A stretch of 64,000 bases of DNA from Eledone cirrhosa. Taxonomy: Eukaryota. Below the pieces are notes generated by a model. It was given only the letters and a program-made list of their open reading frames with translations. It ran no database searches and was not told the DNA's origin. The stretch is from assembly GCA_964016885.1 (NCBI GenBank), contig OZ024741.1:8866001-8930000 (forward strand), written 5' to 3'. This document shows, piece by piece, positions 14,036 through 25,871 of this stretch. Within the stretch, counting starts at the first letter, position 1. Every line of letters starts with the position of its first letter. A program made the position numbers and the translations under genes.

Positions 14036-15465
14036 ATGGCAAAAAAGACTCCCATGGGAAGGTGGATTGGGTGGACCAAAGCTATACGGACACCCCAAAA
14101 CAATGATCAGGTAAGAAAAATGGTCGCACATGCAATAGGGGCTAGTATCAAAACTACCCTAAAGGGCCATATATTTAAGTTCAACGAGAAGATCTACACC
14201 CAAAATGAGGGAGCATCCATCGGCGTCGGCATAGCTGGTGATGTTGCCAACCTTTTCATGGTATGGTGGGCAAGGAGACTTAAAGATCTCCTTAATGAGA
14301 GCTCCATAGACCTCATCATGTACTCTCGTTATGTAGACGATATCAATATAGTTATAAGAACACCCCCACTAGACAGCACTAACAAGTTTGATTTAGAACG
14401 TAGCACGATGGAAAGCATCCAGCAGATAGCTAATTCCATACACCAGAGTATAACTGTAACTATCGACTTCCCTTCCAAACACCCTAACAATAGACTACCT
14501 GTATTAGACACGGAACTCTGGATTAACACTATAGACGAGAGAGCCCAAATCCTCCATACACACTATGCTAAACCCATGGCCTCCAAATGCCTGATACTCA
14601 AAAACTCAGCAATGTCCAGTAGTGCTAAGTTTAATATTCTGATTGCAGATTTGGTACGAGTGATGAAGAATGTGTCCCGCATGTGCGACCCAACAGAAAT
14701 AGAAAGACACATCCAACACTTCATCAACCGCATGCAGTTCTCTGGCTACAACCAAAGAGACAGAGTCAGAGTATGCGAAGGAGCCATGGAGAAGTATAAG
14801 ACCCTCATAGAACTGGACATGAAAGGAATTTGCCCATTATACAGGAGCAAATCATGGAATAGGTTAGATAGGGCTAGACATAAGATAGGGAAAGCCACCT
14901 CATGGTACGACAACCAGAGATACCACAGTGTCATGTTTGTGGACGCTACCCCTGGAGGGAAATTAGCTAACCTGTGTAGAAAGGCCCTGAGAAAGACCCA
15001 CTTAAAAATTAAGGTGGTAGAAAAGCCAGGAACCACCATAAAATCCCTGATCAGCAAAACCTACCCTTTTAAGAAAACCCACTGTACCAGTAGGAAATGT
15101 ATCATATGTAAAATAAACCCCGGATAAACTGTAAAACTAGAAACGTAGTCTATAGCATAATATGTACAGAGGGTACTTGCAGAAACATGACAACAACATA
15201 CATAGGTGAGACAGCTCGTAGCATAGGTGAAAGGATAGACCAACACTGGGGGGAACTAAAAGGACGAAAAAACGGGTCAGTACTATACGAACATGCTAGA
15301 CAACAACATGACGGTAACATAGACAACATAGAAATTAGAATAATATCTAAACATAGAAATGACCCAGCAGATAGGCAAATAGAAATTAGAAGACCAAGAC
15401 TAAACAGAAAGTATGAATGGAATAACAACACCCAAACAAACAACACTGACCTAAGAGAAGTATAA
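14036..15465 (+). pseudogene. PLE-A RT-GIY-YIG ORF, frameshifted near 15120 and with a short deletion near 15378
   Basis: ORFs 14036-15127 (RT and linker) and 15187-15465 (endonuclease) are contiguous in the 48212-49330 copy. Confidence 0.88.
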
Positions 15466-15710
15466 ATAGGTAAATAAAATAAAATAAATAAATAAATAAA
15501 TAAATAAATACATACACAAGCACAATAACAACAAGCACATAAACACACACTAGTCACCCATCACACAGCAAACAACACTATACACACACGCAAACGCATG
15601 CGCAAAGAAGACAAAATAAAATAAACAAACAAGCAAATAAATAAATAAATATATAGACAGACTGAATAAAAATGGCGTAGACATACAATACAACAGCAGG
15701 AAAAGATAGC

Positions 15711-15752
15711 ACCACTGACGATGTTGCAGATGTGCAACGAAAGATTTATGAT
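15711..15752 (+). ncRNA. Hammerhead-ribozyme-like motif (type I, weak stem I) in the PLE-A 3' UTR
   Basis: CTGACGA-T-GTTGCA gatg TGCAAC-GAAA-gatt-TA; also at 26956-26997(-), 47889-47930(-), 49956-49997(+), 63582-63623(-). Confidence 0.6.
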
Positions 15753-15958
15753 AAACTATATATATGTGTTTGTGTCTATATGGTATCTGTATTATTTTTG
15801 ACCGTCGGTCAGTCAATGGCAACATTGAGGAGCGAGTAAGTTAGATCGCAGATATAAAAGACACAGAAGCGAGAAGCGAAAACCAACCAAACAGTGAGTG
15901 TGTTCTGTTATTAATTCTGGCAATATTACACAAATATGACCCTCCCCAAGTATAACAA

Positions 15959-16294
<336 letters not shown>

Positions 16295-16518
16295 GGTGAA
16301 GGCGTGTGGCTGAGTGGTTAGAGAATTGTATTCGCAATCGTAAGGTTGTGAGTTCGATTCCTGGACCAGGCGATGCGTTATGTCCTTGAGCAAGACACTT
16401 TATTTCACGTTGCTCCTTCTACCTGGAGTTGCGACCGATAGATAGTATTAGCAATTGGAAAGACCAACGGAAACATTGTTCCCTCGGTCCGATTTGACAA
16501 AAAAGTCGATCGTTCCTT
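16295..16518 (+). mobile_element. tRNA-derived SINE head fused to a distinct ~100-nt structured tail ending at TA-rich repeats
   Basis: A box TGGCTGAGTGG, B box GTTCGATTCC, then GTCCTTGAGCAAGACACTTTATTTCACGTTGCTCC as in other SINEs here; same junction and tail at 45331-45484(-). Confidence 0.8.
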
Positions 16519-16613
16519 TATATGTATGTATGTATGCATGTATGTATATATATATATATGTATGTATGTATATATATAAATATATAGGTATGTATGTATA
16601 TATATATATATAT

Positions 16614-16644
<31 letters not shown>

Positions 16645-17246
16645 CGTATGTATATATATATATATATATGTGTATGTATATATATATATAAATATAAATA
16701 TATCCATACATATATATATACATACATATACACAAACACACACACACACACACATATATATTTAGTATCTATACAATTCCCATTTATATCTATATATTGG
16801 TTCGGCGATCATAGACCGACAACAACAACAACACCAACAACAACAGCGCCTTGCACTGTGTTTTGTAAAACAAGGCACAACTTATAATATATTATCTCGT
16901 TTTTGTATGTGAATACCGGGAGTATATATATATATACATATGCACACACACACACACATACACACACACACACACATATGTATACATATATAAAGAAGTG
17001 CGCAATGTAGCTGTAGTGTACGATAAAGTCATATCTGTATATATAAACAGAGTGGCTAACCTTGATTGCGCCAGTGTGTATAAATATTAAATATACACTT
17101 TTTAATATGTAAACTTAGCAGAAATCTTCCTGTGAATAGAAAAAGGATATATATGTGTGTATACACACACACACACACAAGCACACACGCACATATACAC
17201 ATACATACATACATACATACATACATACATACATACATACATACAT

Positions 17247-17867
17247 GGTGGCTGCCAACTCGTTTTCGAGTACGGCCGTACGGCCACTACTTTATATCGG
17301 AGAACTTTATAGGAGAACTCCTACCGATGCGCTGAATGAGTGTGAGTTCTTAGCCAGCCAACGACTTGAAAACTCTGGTACAAACACTACACTTGTGACA
17401 ATTATTGACACATAGTGCTGGGCCCATGGTACCATGTGACGACAAGTGCAGAGAGATCTCCAGATATAAAGCAATGCCTGTGTCGTGAAGCTTTTATAGT
17501 GAGCAAAGGCACTGCACAAAGCCAGTCCCACTCTCTTAACCAAGATGATATTTACCAAAAAGAAGAACAAGTCAACATCATTGGATACCATCATGGTTGC
17601 AGGTGTTATATCGGAGTTTTCCTTCTCCTAGAATTCTGCCTTGACAATGGCTAAGGGGTCATCTCTCCCGGTGATTTTGGATGGCCATTGACTCTTAAGA
17701 GCTCCTTTACCCTTTGACAGGTTTTGTTTTTATTCTTGCAGGATGTCCAAAGTCACCCTCCTCACCAAGAAACCTTGGTGGGGTTGCCAGTTTAGTCGCC
17801 AACGACCCGACCATGAGTCAGGTTGTACTGGGATACATGTTACCAGTAGCACCAACTGGTGACCTGA
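17247..17867 (+). mobile_element. ~620-bp non-coding repeat unit between (CATA)n tracts, copy 1 (putative non-autonomous retroelement; strand inferred)
   Basis: Near-identical copy at 17949-18518; terminal hairpin GTTACCAGT-agcacca-ACTGGTGAC just before (CATA)n. Confidence 0.6.
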
Positions 17868-17948
17868 CATACATACATACATACATACATACATACATAC
17901 ATACATACATACATACATACATACATACATACATACATACATACATAC

Positions 17949-18518
17949 GTGGTGGCTGCCAACTCATTTTCGAGTACGGCCACTACTTTATATCCATGTA
18001 GGAGAACCCCTACCGATGCGCTGAACGAGTGTGACTTTTTAGTCCAGCCAGCGACTTGAAAACTCTGGTACAAACACTACACTTGTGACAATTATTGACA
18101 CATAGTGCTGGACCCATGGTACCATGTGACAACAAGTGCAGAGAGATTTCCAGATATAAAGCAATGCCTGTGCTGTGAAGCTTTTATAGTGAGCAAAGGC
18201 ACTGCACAAAGCCAGTCCCACTCTCTTAACTAAGATGATATTTACCAAAAAGAAGAACAAGTCAACATCATTGGATACCATCAGGGTTGCAGGTGTTATA
18301 TCAGAGTTTTCTATCTCCTAGAATTCTGCCTTGACAAAGGCTAAGGGGTCATCTCTCCCGGTGATTTTGGATGGCCATTGACTCTTAACAGCTCCTTTGC
18401 CCTTTGACAGGTTTTGTTTTTAGTCCTGCAGGATGTCCAAAGTCACCCTCCTCACCAAGAAACCTTGGTGGGGTTGCCAGTTTAGTCGCCAACTACCCGA
18501 CCATGAGACAGGTTGTAC
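17949..18518 (+). mobile_element. ~620-bp unit, copy 2, 3'-truncated at GGTTGTAC|ATACATAC
   Basis: Colinear with 17247-17828. Confidence 0.6.
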
Positions 18519-18641
18519 ATACATACATACATACATACAGAGATACATACATACATACATACATACATACATACATACATACATACATACATACATACAT
18601 ACATACATACATACATACATACATACATACATACATACATA

Positions 18642-19893
18642 CTGTGCCAGTTCTAACTCCAACATTTGGCCTGCTGAACTGGTCATTTCAAGAACTAAGT
18701 GAGGTGGATGTTAAAACTCGCAAACTTCTCAGTGTTACTGGGAACTTTAATATCAATGGTGATGTGGATAGGCTATACTTCTCACGCAAGGAAGGTGGCT
18801 GGGGTCTAAAATCCATATTAACATCATATGAGACCTGGATAGTAACACTGAAGCAACATCTTCAACAGAGGAAAGAGGTTGGCAACCATCTTGCCCAGGT
18901 TTATGAGCATGAAAAAAAAATATCATTAGAATAGCCACTGATCTGGAGGAGAGATATGGAATAAAGCCTGATATAAATCTCTCACCCAGAGAAATCGGAA
19001 GATCCTATTCAATGTTCGACACAAGGTGAAAAAATTGACAAATTTACAGAAAAAGTTGTGCATGGATACTTGAGACGTAAAACACAGACCATAGAGGGGA
19101 TAAACCACTCAAAAAGCCTGGCATGGAGTTCCGACAAGTTTATGACATCACACCCTGAGGGATATCTCTATGCAATACATGAACAAGAACTCCCTACCAA
19201 ATATCTGCTGCACAAAAGGGGAGGGCCATCAGCTGCCAATAAATGTAGGCTATGTAAAACAAAGATCGAGGATGTAAGCCACATTGTTGCCAGCTGCGAA
19301 AGAATGTCATCTCGCTACTACCACCCCATGAGACACGATGGGATAGCTAGAACCATCTGGAACGCACTTCGGAAAACAAAATTAACAACAAACGAGGAAG
19401 AATATATTGAGACAGATGGCACTAAGGAATACTGGTGGAACCTGAAAATAAAAACTGCCACCAAATTAAAGCACAACCGGCCTGATATTGTTGTTTGGGA
19501 CAACACATTGAAAACGTGTTCTGTTGTGGAGATCAGCTGCCCACTTGATGTAAACGTAGTCAGAAAAATACAGGAGAAGGAGGACATCTACGGACCATTG
19601 ATGAGTTTACAAATCCAGTATCCAAGATACACCTTTAGCTTCATACCCATCATTATTGGAGCTACGGGTTATATACCAACCCGCTTGGACCAAAGTATGA
19701 CTGAACTTGGATTTGCGGACAAAGAGCGCAGCTCCCTAATTCATAGTCTACAAATGGCTGCGATAGCTGGCCCCTTCAAAATTTGCAAAACATTCTTGCG
19801 ATTCAAGGGATGACAATTTCTTTTCTTTTACAACCTTGCCACCAGGAAGGTGTCCGGTCAAAAAAGTATACTCGAAATTAAGAGAAAGAGATA
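18642..19893 (+). mobile_element. 5'-truncated R4/Dong-type non-LTR retrotransposon (restriction-like endonuclease) between (TACA)n and (TAAA)n
   Basis: DVDRLYFSRKEGGWGL motif; CCHC knuckle CRLC..HIVASC, RHD, NRPDIVV..VEIS nuclease motif in ORF 19058-19813. Confidence 0.9.
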
Positions 19894-19900
19894 ACATACA

Positions 19901-19955
<55 letters not shown>

Positions 19956-20259
19956 AAATTTAGAAGAAACAAGGGGATGTGTGGTTACTTGATAAAGTGT
20001 ATTTAGAAATAAAAGGAAAGGAGAAACGAGGGACAGTCCCTTCTTCAGTTGTCTGCAGATCTCCGACATTTCAACACATTAAAGACAATATATCCAACTC
20101 CAGTGTGTCAATAAATTATGACAGTTATTGGGGAAGGAACAAAGGAGAGAGAAAAAATTAAACAAAGGGAAAAAAAGAAAAAAAAAAGAAAGAAAACGCA
20201 GAGAACATACCGAAAAAGGGGGAACATATATACAGTCTAACATATATGTTCCCCCTTTT

Positions 20260-20372
20260 GGCTTCTATAGGACTAGAACTGTTTCATTTAAAAGAAATCA
20301 TTAGGAAAGCTTTCTCTACTAATATATTGAGTACCTTACAAACTGTGGTTACGCCCGATTGAACCCGGGACT

Positions 20373-20373
<1 letters not shown>
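20260..20373. mobile_element. Short inverted remnant of a hammerhead-bearing PLE-type terminal repeat (family C)
   Basis: Minus part GAAACAGTTCTAGTCCTATAGAAG and plus part TATTGAGTACCTT..GTGGTTACGCCCGATTGAACCCGG; related pieces at 30076-30190, 45255-45325, 61406-61517. Confidence 0.6.
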
Positions 20374-20449
<76 letters not shown>

Positions 20450-20829
20450 GGAAATCAGTAAAATCGAATCTCTGGCGGTTCGCAAGTGAATTCGGCCTAC
20501 TTATATGAAATGATGAGTTAGCAAAGCACTCGATAAGATAGGTCCTTAGAGTAATAACATACGTTTAAATAGCTTGACAAATCGAACATTGTGGTAGGCT
20601 AAACTAACACACAATATGTATACCAGAGCAACGATAGAACTAATCAGGTTCAGAAAAAGTATATATATATATATAAAATTATAAGTTTGAAGAATAGTCA
20701 TAAAATTTACCCAATTTTTCTTCTTACTAGAAATTAATTAGATAAATAATAATTTAAACGGATTTAAGTTTAAAAGTTTGAAGAAATAATAGATAAATGT
20801 TATCGATATATATATATATATATATATAT

Positions 20830-23201
20830 TTCGTTTCTGAATTTGTTTAGCAAGAGTCTTTATCTGAAATCGTGTGTTGAAACCGATATTGTTATACTTT
20901 GGGAGGGTCATGTTGCCAATAAGAAACACACGCATCAGTTGCTTTCACTTCAATTTATTATATATTTATAAATTTATAAATTTACAAATTTACAAACTTA
21001 TAAATTTCTGGTTGGTTGGTTGGTTCCACAACCAGATAGTTGTTTATATATAGTCATAGTCCTTTCGTCACACACTCTGTGACCTCTTCAGTGACTGGGG
21101 ATTCCTTTCCTTTGTTTCTGTGCTTTCCTTTCTTCTATCCTACGCCATTTTGTTTCTGTGTGTGTGTTGTGTGCTCAGTTTGCGCATGCGCCACATCCGG
21201 GTGTCTGTGTGTGTTTGTGTTCATTTATCTATTTGTTTATTTATTTATTTATTTATTGTTGGTTGGTTGTTTGTTCTATGTGTGTGTGTGTTTTCATTTT
21301 GTCCTGTGTGTGTTTTCATTTTGTCCTTAATTGTAAGTTGTGATGTTGCTGTTCCACTCCTATTTTCTATTTAATTTTGGTTTTAATTCTTTTATGCTTA
21401 CTGCCTCTGTAATTTGCCTAAACATTGCGTCTTTTCTGTGTGTGGATTCTATTTTTATTTCTATGTTCTCTAATCTACCCCTGTGTTCTATCTTAGCATG
21501 TTGGTAGAGCACAGATGATTCTTTATTATCTTGGAGGTCACGCAAGTGTTCATTTATTCGTTCCCCTATACTACGAGCTGTCTCACCTATGTACACTATA
21601 TTTTTGTTTCTACATTGTCCTTCCGTACATCTTATGCTATACACTACATTTCTAGTTTTACAGTTAATATGGGGGCTTATTTTACAGGTTATACATTTCT
21701 TATCTATACATGAGGGTCTTTGGAACGGGTATGTCTTGCTAATAAGTGTTTTTACGGAGGTACCTGGTCTTTCTACTATCTTAATATTGAGATTATGTTT
21801 ATTTAGGGCCCTTCTAAATTTGTAGGCTAGTTCGCCTCTAGGGGTTGTATTGATGAACATTACACTCTGGTATTTATTGCTATCATACCATGAGTTTATT
21901 CTATTGGCCTTGTTCCTAGTTCTTTCTATTCTATTCCAAAATTTGCTCCTATACAAGGGGCAGGTCCCATTTATGTCATTATTTACCATTTTTTCCCATT
22001 TGGTTCTGGCTCCTTTATACACTCTGATTCTATCTCTCTGATTGTAGCCAGAGAACTGCATACGGTGGATGAAGTGTTGTATGTGTCTCTCTAGTTCTTC
22101 GGGGTTGCACATGCGGGACACATTTCTCATCACCCGTACCAAATCCGCAATCAGTATGTTGATTTTGGTATGGTCCGAAATGGCCGAGTTTCGGTGGATC
22201 AGATGTTTGGAAGTCATGGGTTTGGCATAATGGGAATGGACGATTTGTTTTTGGTTGTTAATGGTATCTAACCAGAGCTCTGTGTCTAGTACAGGTAATC
22301 GATGGTTGGGGTGTCTACTTGGGTAGTCTATAGTAACTCTAATGCTCTGGTGGATGGAGTTTGCTATTTGCTGGATGCTTTCCATTGTTTTTTTTCTCTA
22401 GTTCCTGACTGTTCTTTAGTGGGGGTGTCTTAACTACGATGTTTATATCATCTACGTAGCGGGAGTACATTATCAGGGTTAAGCTGTCTTCTAATTGTTC
22501 TTTAAGTTTTTGTTTAAGTCTACTGTCCCACCATACCATGAATAAGTTAGCTATGTCGCCTGCAATGCTAACACCAATGGCTGCTCCTTCCTCTTGGGCA
22601 TATGTTTTACCATTAAATTTGAACATATGTTCCTTAAGGGTTAATTTTATGCTGGCCCCTACCGCATGTGCAATCATTTTCTTTAGTTCATCGTGGTTTT
22701 AGGGTGTCCGTATGACTCTGGTCCACCCGTTCCATCTATCTGTGTGGGTTTTCTTGGCCATTGAGGTAATGGTAGGTGGTCTGCTTCTTGCTGGTCTTGT
22801 AGGGCACAGGTTGCTAAGGTCATAAGTGTCTAGGTAACTATTACTATGGGTAAGCTTAAGTAGAAGTCCCAGCTCACTGGTATCAATCCCACGGAACTCA
22901 ACCTTGCTCTCGCTGATCATTTCTACGCATTTCTCCACAGCAAAATCCACGTCAATAGATGGATACAGGGACACAACATCCATACGCGCCGATTCTGCTG
23001 AGGAGGTCCTCCGTGCTGTCACACACATCTGGGGACATCTCAATGATGGGGCGTATGATCAGGGAGAGGAAATAGGACAGTCTGTAGTTACTAGCAATGT
23101 TAGCCCCACAGACTGGCCGTGTTGGTGGTCCCGCGACAGGGTCCCAGCCCGTTTTATGGTCTTTTCGAAGCCCATACAACGCCGGCACGTCATTGTTCCA
23201 G
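20830..23201 (-). mobile_element. PLE family B, left arm of a head-to-head doublet, with 57-nt 3' tail
   Basis: LYGLRKDHK..PPTRPVCGA, DVVSLYPS, EGAAIG, YSRYVDD, GIY-YIG; split over ORFs 22952-23188, 22699-23043, 22339-22677, 21360-22385 by a deletion and frameshifts. Confidence 0.95.
21052..21096 (-). ncRNA. Type I minimal hammerhead ribozyme motif, PLE-B left arm
   Basis: Reverse complement of 25181-25225. Confidence 0.75.
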
Positions 23202-23330
23202 GATGTCCCCAGATGTGTGTGACAGCACGGAGGACCCCCTCAGCAGAATCGGCGCGGGTAACCGATCTGGGGACCTAACAAACTGCATAATAGGCAGTAC
23301 GGATGTTGTGTCCCTGTATCCATCTATGAC

Positions 23331-24920
23331 GTGGATTTTGCTGTGGAGAAATGCGTAGAAATGATCAGCGAGAGCAAGGTTGAGTTCCGTGGGATTGATA
23401 CCAGTGAGCTGGGACTTCTACTTAAGCTTACCCATAGTAATAGTTACCTAGACACTTATGACCTTAGCAACCTGTGCCCTACAAGACCAGCAAGAGGCAG
23501 ACCACCTACCATTACCTCAATGGCCAAGAAAACCCACACAGATAGATGGAACGGGTGGACCAGAGCCATACGGACACCCGAAAACCACGATGAACTGAAG
23601 AAAATGATTGCACATGCGGTAGGGGCCAGCATAAAATTAACCCTTAAGGAACATATGTTCAAATTTAATGGTAAAACATATGCCCAAGAGGAAGGAGCAG
23701 CCATTGGTGTTAGCATTGCAGGCGACATAGCTAACTTATTCATGGTATGGTGGGACAGTAGACTTAAACAAAAACTTAAAGAACAATTAGAAGACAGCTT
23801 AACCCTGATAATGTACTCCCGCTACGTAGATGATATAAACATCGTAGTTAAGACACCCCCACTAAAGAAAAGTCAGGAACTAGAGAAAAACACAATGGAA
23901 AGCATCCAGCAAATAGCAAACTCCATCCACCAGAGCATTAGAGTTACTATAGACTACCCAAGTAGACACCCCAACCATCGATTACCTGTACTAGACACAG
24001 AGCTCTGGTTAGATACCATTAACAACCAAAAACAAATCGTCCATTCCCATTATGCCAAACCCATGACTTCCAAACATCTGATCCACCGAAACTCGGCCAT
24101 TTCGGACCATACCAAAATCAACATACTGATTGCGGATTTGGTACGGGTGATGAGAAATGTGTCCCGCATGTGCAACCCCGAAGAACTAGAGAGACACATA
24201 CAACACTTCATCCACCGTATGCAGTTCTCTGGCTACAATCAGAGAGATAGAATCAGAGTGTATAAAGGAGCCAGAACCAAATGGGAAAAAATGGTAAATA
24301 ATGACATAAATGGGACCTGCCCCTTGTATAGGAGCAAATTTTGGAATAGAATAGAAAGAACTAGGAACAAGGCCAATAGAATAAACTCATGGTATGATAG
24401 CAATAAATACCAGAGTGTAATGTTCATCAATACAACCCCTAGAGGCGAACTAGCCTACAAATTTAGAAGGGCCCTAAATAAACATAATCTCAATATTAAG
24501 ATAGTAGAAAGACCAGGTACCTCCGTAAAAACACTTATTAGCAAGATATACCCGTTCCAAAGACCCTCATGTATAGATAAGAAATGTATAACCTGTAAAA
24601 TAAGCCCCCATATTAACTGTAAAACTAGAAATGTAGTGTATAGCATAAGATGTACAGAAGGACAATGTAGAAACAAAAATATAGTGTACATAGGTGAGAC
24701 AGCTCGTAGTATAGGGGAACGAATAAATGAACACTGGCGTGACCTCCAAGATAATAAAGAATCATCTGTGCTCTACCAACATGCTAAGATAGAACACAGG
24801 GGTAGATTAGAGAACATAGAAATAAAAATAGAATCCACACACAGAAAAGACGCAATGTTTAGGCAAATTACAGAGGCAGTAAGCATAAAAGAATTAAAAC
24901 CCAAATTAAATAGAAAATAG
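23331..24920 (+). CDS. PLE RT + Cys linker + GIY-YIG endonuclease, 529-aa open stretch of a 5'-truncated copy
   Basis: EGAAIG, YSRYVDD, LPVLD, CIDKKCITC, NVVYSIRC..C, YIGETARSIGERINEH, H..H, LNRK. Confidence 0.9.
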   Translation: MDFAVEKCVEMISESKVEFRGIDTSELGLLLKLTHSNSYLDTYDLSNLCPTRPARGRPPTITSMAKKTHTDRWNGWTRAIRTPENHDELKKMIAHAVGASIKLTLKEHMFKFNGKTYAQEEGAAIGVSIAGDIANLFMVWWDSRLKQKLKEQLEDSLTLIMYSRYVDDINIVVKTPPLKKSQELEKNTMESIQQIANSIHQSIRVTIDYPSRHPNHRLPVLDTELWLDTINNQKQIVHSHYAKPMTSKHLIHRNSAISDHTKINILIADLVRVMRNVSRMCNPEELERHIQHFIHRMQFSGYNQRDRIRVYKGARTKWEKMVNNDINGTCPLYRSKFWNRIERTRNKANRINSWYDSNKYQSVMFINTTPRGELAYKFRRALNKHNLNIKIVERPGTSVKTLISKIYPFQRPSCIDKKCITCKISPHINCKTRNVVYSIRCTEGQCRNKNIVYIGETARSIGERINEHWRDLQDNKESSVLYQHAKIEHRGRLENIEIKIESTHRKDAMFRQITEAVSIKELKPKLNRK

Positions 24921-25180
24921 GCGTGGAACAGCAACATCACAACTTACAATTAAGGACAAAATGAAAACACACACAGGACAAAATGAAAACACACACACAC
25001 ATAGAACAAACAACCAACCAACAATAAATAAATAAATAAACAAATAGATAAATGAACACAAACACACACAGACACCCGGATGTGGCGCATGCGCAAACTG
25101 AGCACACAACACACACACAGAAATAAAATGGCGTAGGATAGAAGAAAGGAAAGGCACAGAAACAAAGGAAAGGAATCCCC

Positions 25181-25225
25181 AGTCACTGAAGAGGTCACAG
25201 AGTGTGTGACGAAAGGACTATGACT
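25181..25225 (+). ncRNA. Type I minimal hammerhead ribozyme motif in the PLE-B 3' UTR
   Basis: Stem I AGTCA/TGACT, core CTGAAGA, stem II GTCACA/TGTGAC, GAAA-ggac-TA. Confidence 0.75.
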
Positions 25226-25386
25226 ATATATAAACAACTATCTGGTTGTGGAACCAACCAACCAACCAGAAATTTATAAGTTTGTAAATTTGTAAATTTA
25301 TAAATTTATAAATATATAATAAATTGAAGTGAAAGCAACTGATGCGTGTGTTTCTTATTGGCAACATGACCCTCCCAAAGTATAAC

Positions 25387-25471
<85 letters not shown>

Positions 25472-25474
25472 TAT

Positions 25475-25871
25475 ACTGAGTATATGTTGGTTGTTTACCA
25501 ACACCTCAGTATGCAGATTGGAGCACTCGACGTAGTACGCAGGTTGGTTTGGTTACTCCGGAGTAATGTAAAATAAAGTAATTAAGTCAAATATTTAAGA
25601 TTTGGCTTCGTTTATTAAAGATGTACCGCTATATATATTTCGGTGACAGCCATCATCGGCTGTGACCTCTTCAGGCAGTTCGAATTGGTGTGGTAGAGAC
25701 AGGTACACATGTCGTTAAAGTATTTTACTCCGCAAATACTCCGATATGTCCAGCTCCTGGTTGTTATTTCTCTGAGGAACTGGAATCATATGATTCCATG
25801 TCACCGAAATATATATAGCAGTACATCTTTAATAAACGAAGCCAAATCTTAAATATTTGACTTAATTACTT

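Larger units (their letters stand above)
14003..15960 (+). mobile_element. Penelope-like retroelement family A, 5'-truncated, 3' end fused to (TA)n
   Basis: RT motifs EGASIG, YSRYVDD, LPVLD; Cys linker CTSRKCIIC; GIY-YIG region (VVYSI..C, YIGETARSIGERIDQH, LNRKYEW); 3' end ATGACCCTCCCCAAGTATAACAATA shared with the other copies. Confidence 0.95.
23202..25390 (+). mobile_element. PLE family B, right arm of the doublet, ending in (TA)n without tail
   Basis: Near-identical reverse complement of 20887-23040. Confidence 0.95.

Noticed and set aside
14329-15557. Antisense ORFs over PLE coding regions (also 21531-22041, 27206-28020, 48126-48697)
   Set aside because: Shadow frames of the RT/endonuclease ORF with no independent motifs
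16295-16370. Functional tRNA gene
   Set aside because: A/B boxes are present but there is no proper cloverleaf, and it continues into a SINE body seen in several decayed copies
24560-24680. Selenoprotein-type PLE (in-frame TGA at Cys, as reported for some Naiads)
   Set aside because: All linker and endonuclease cysteines here are TGT, and the endonuclease is C-terminal, not N-terminal
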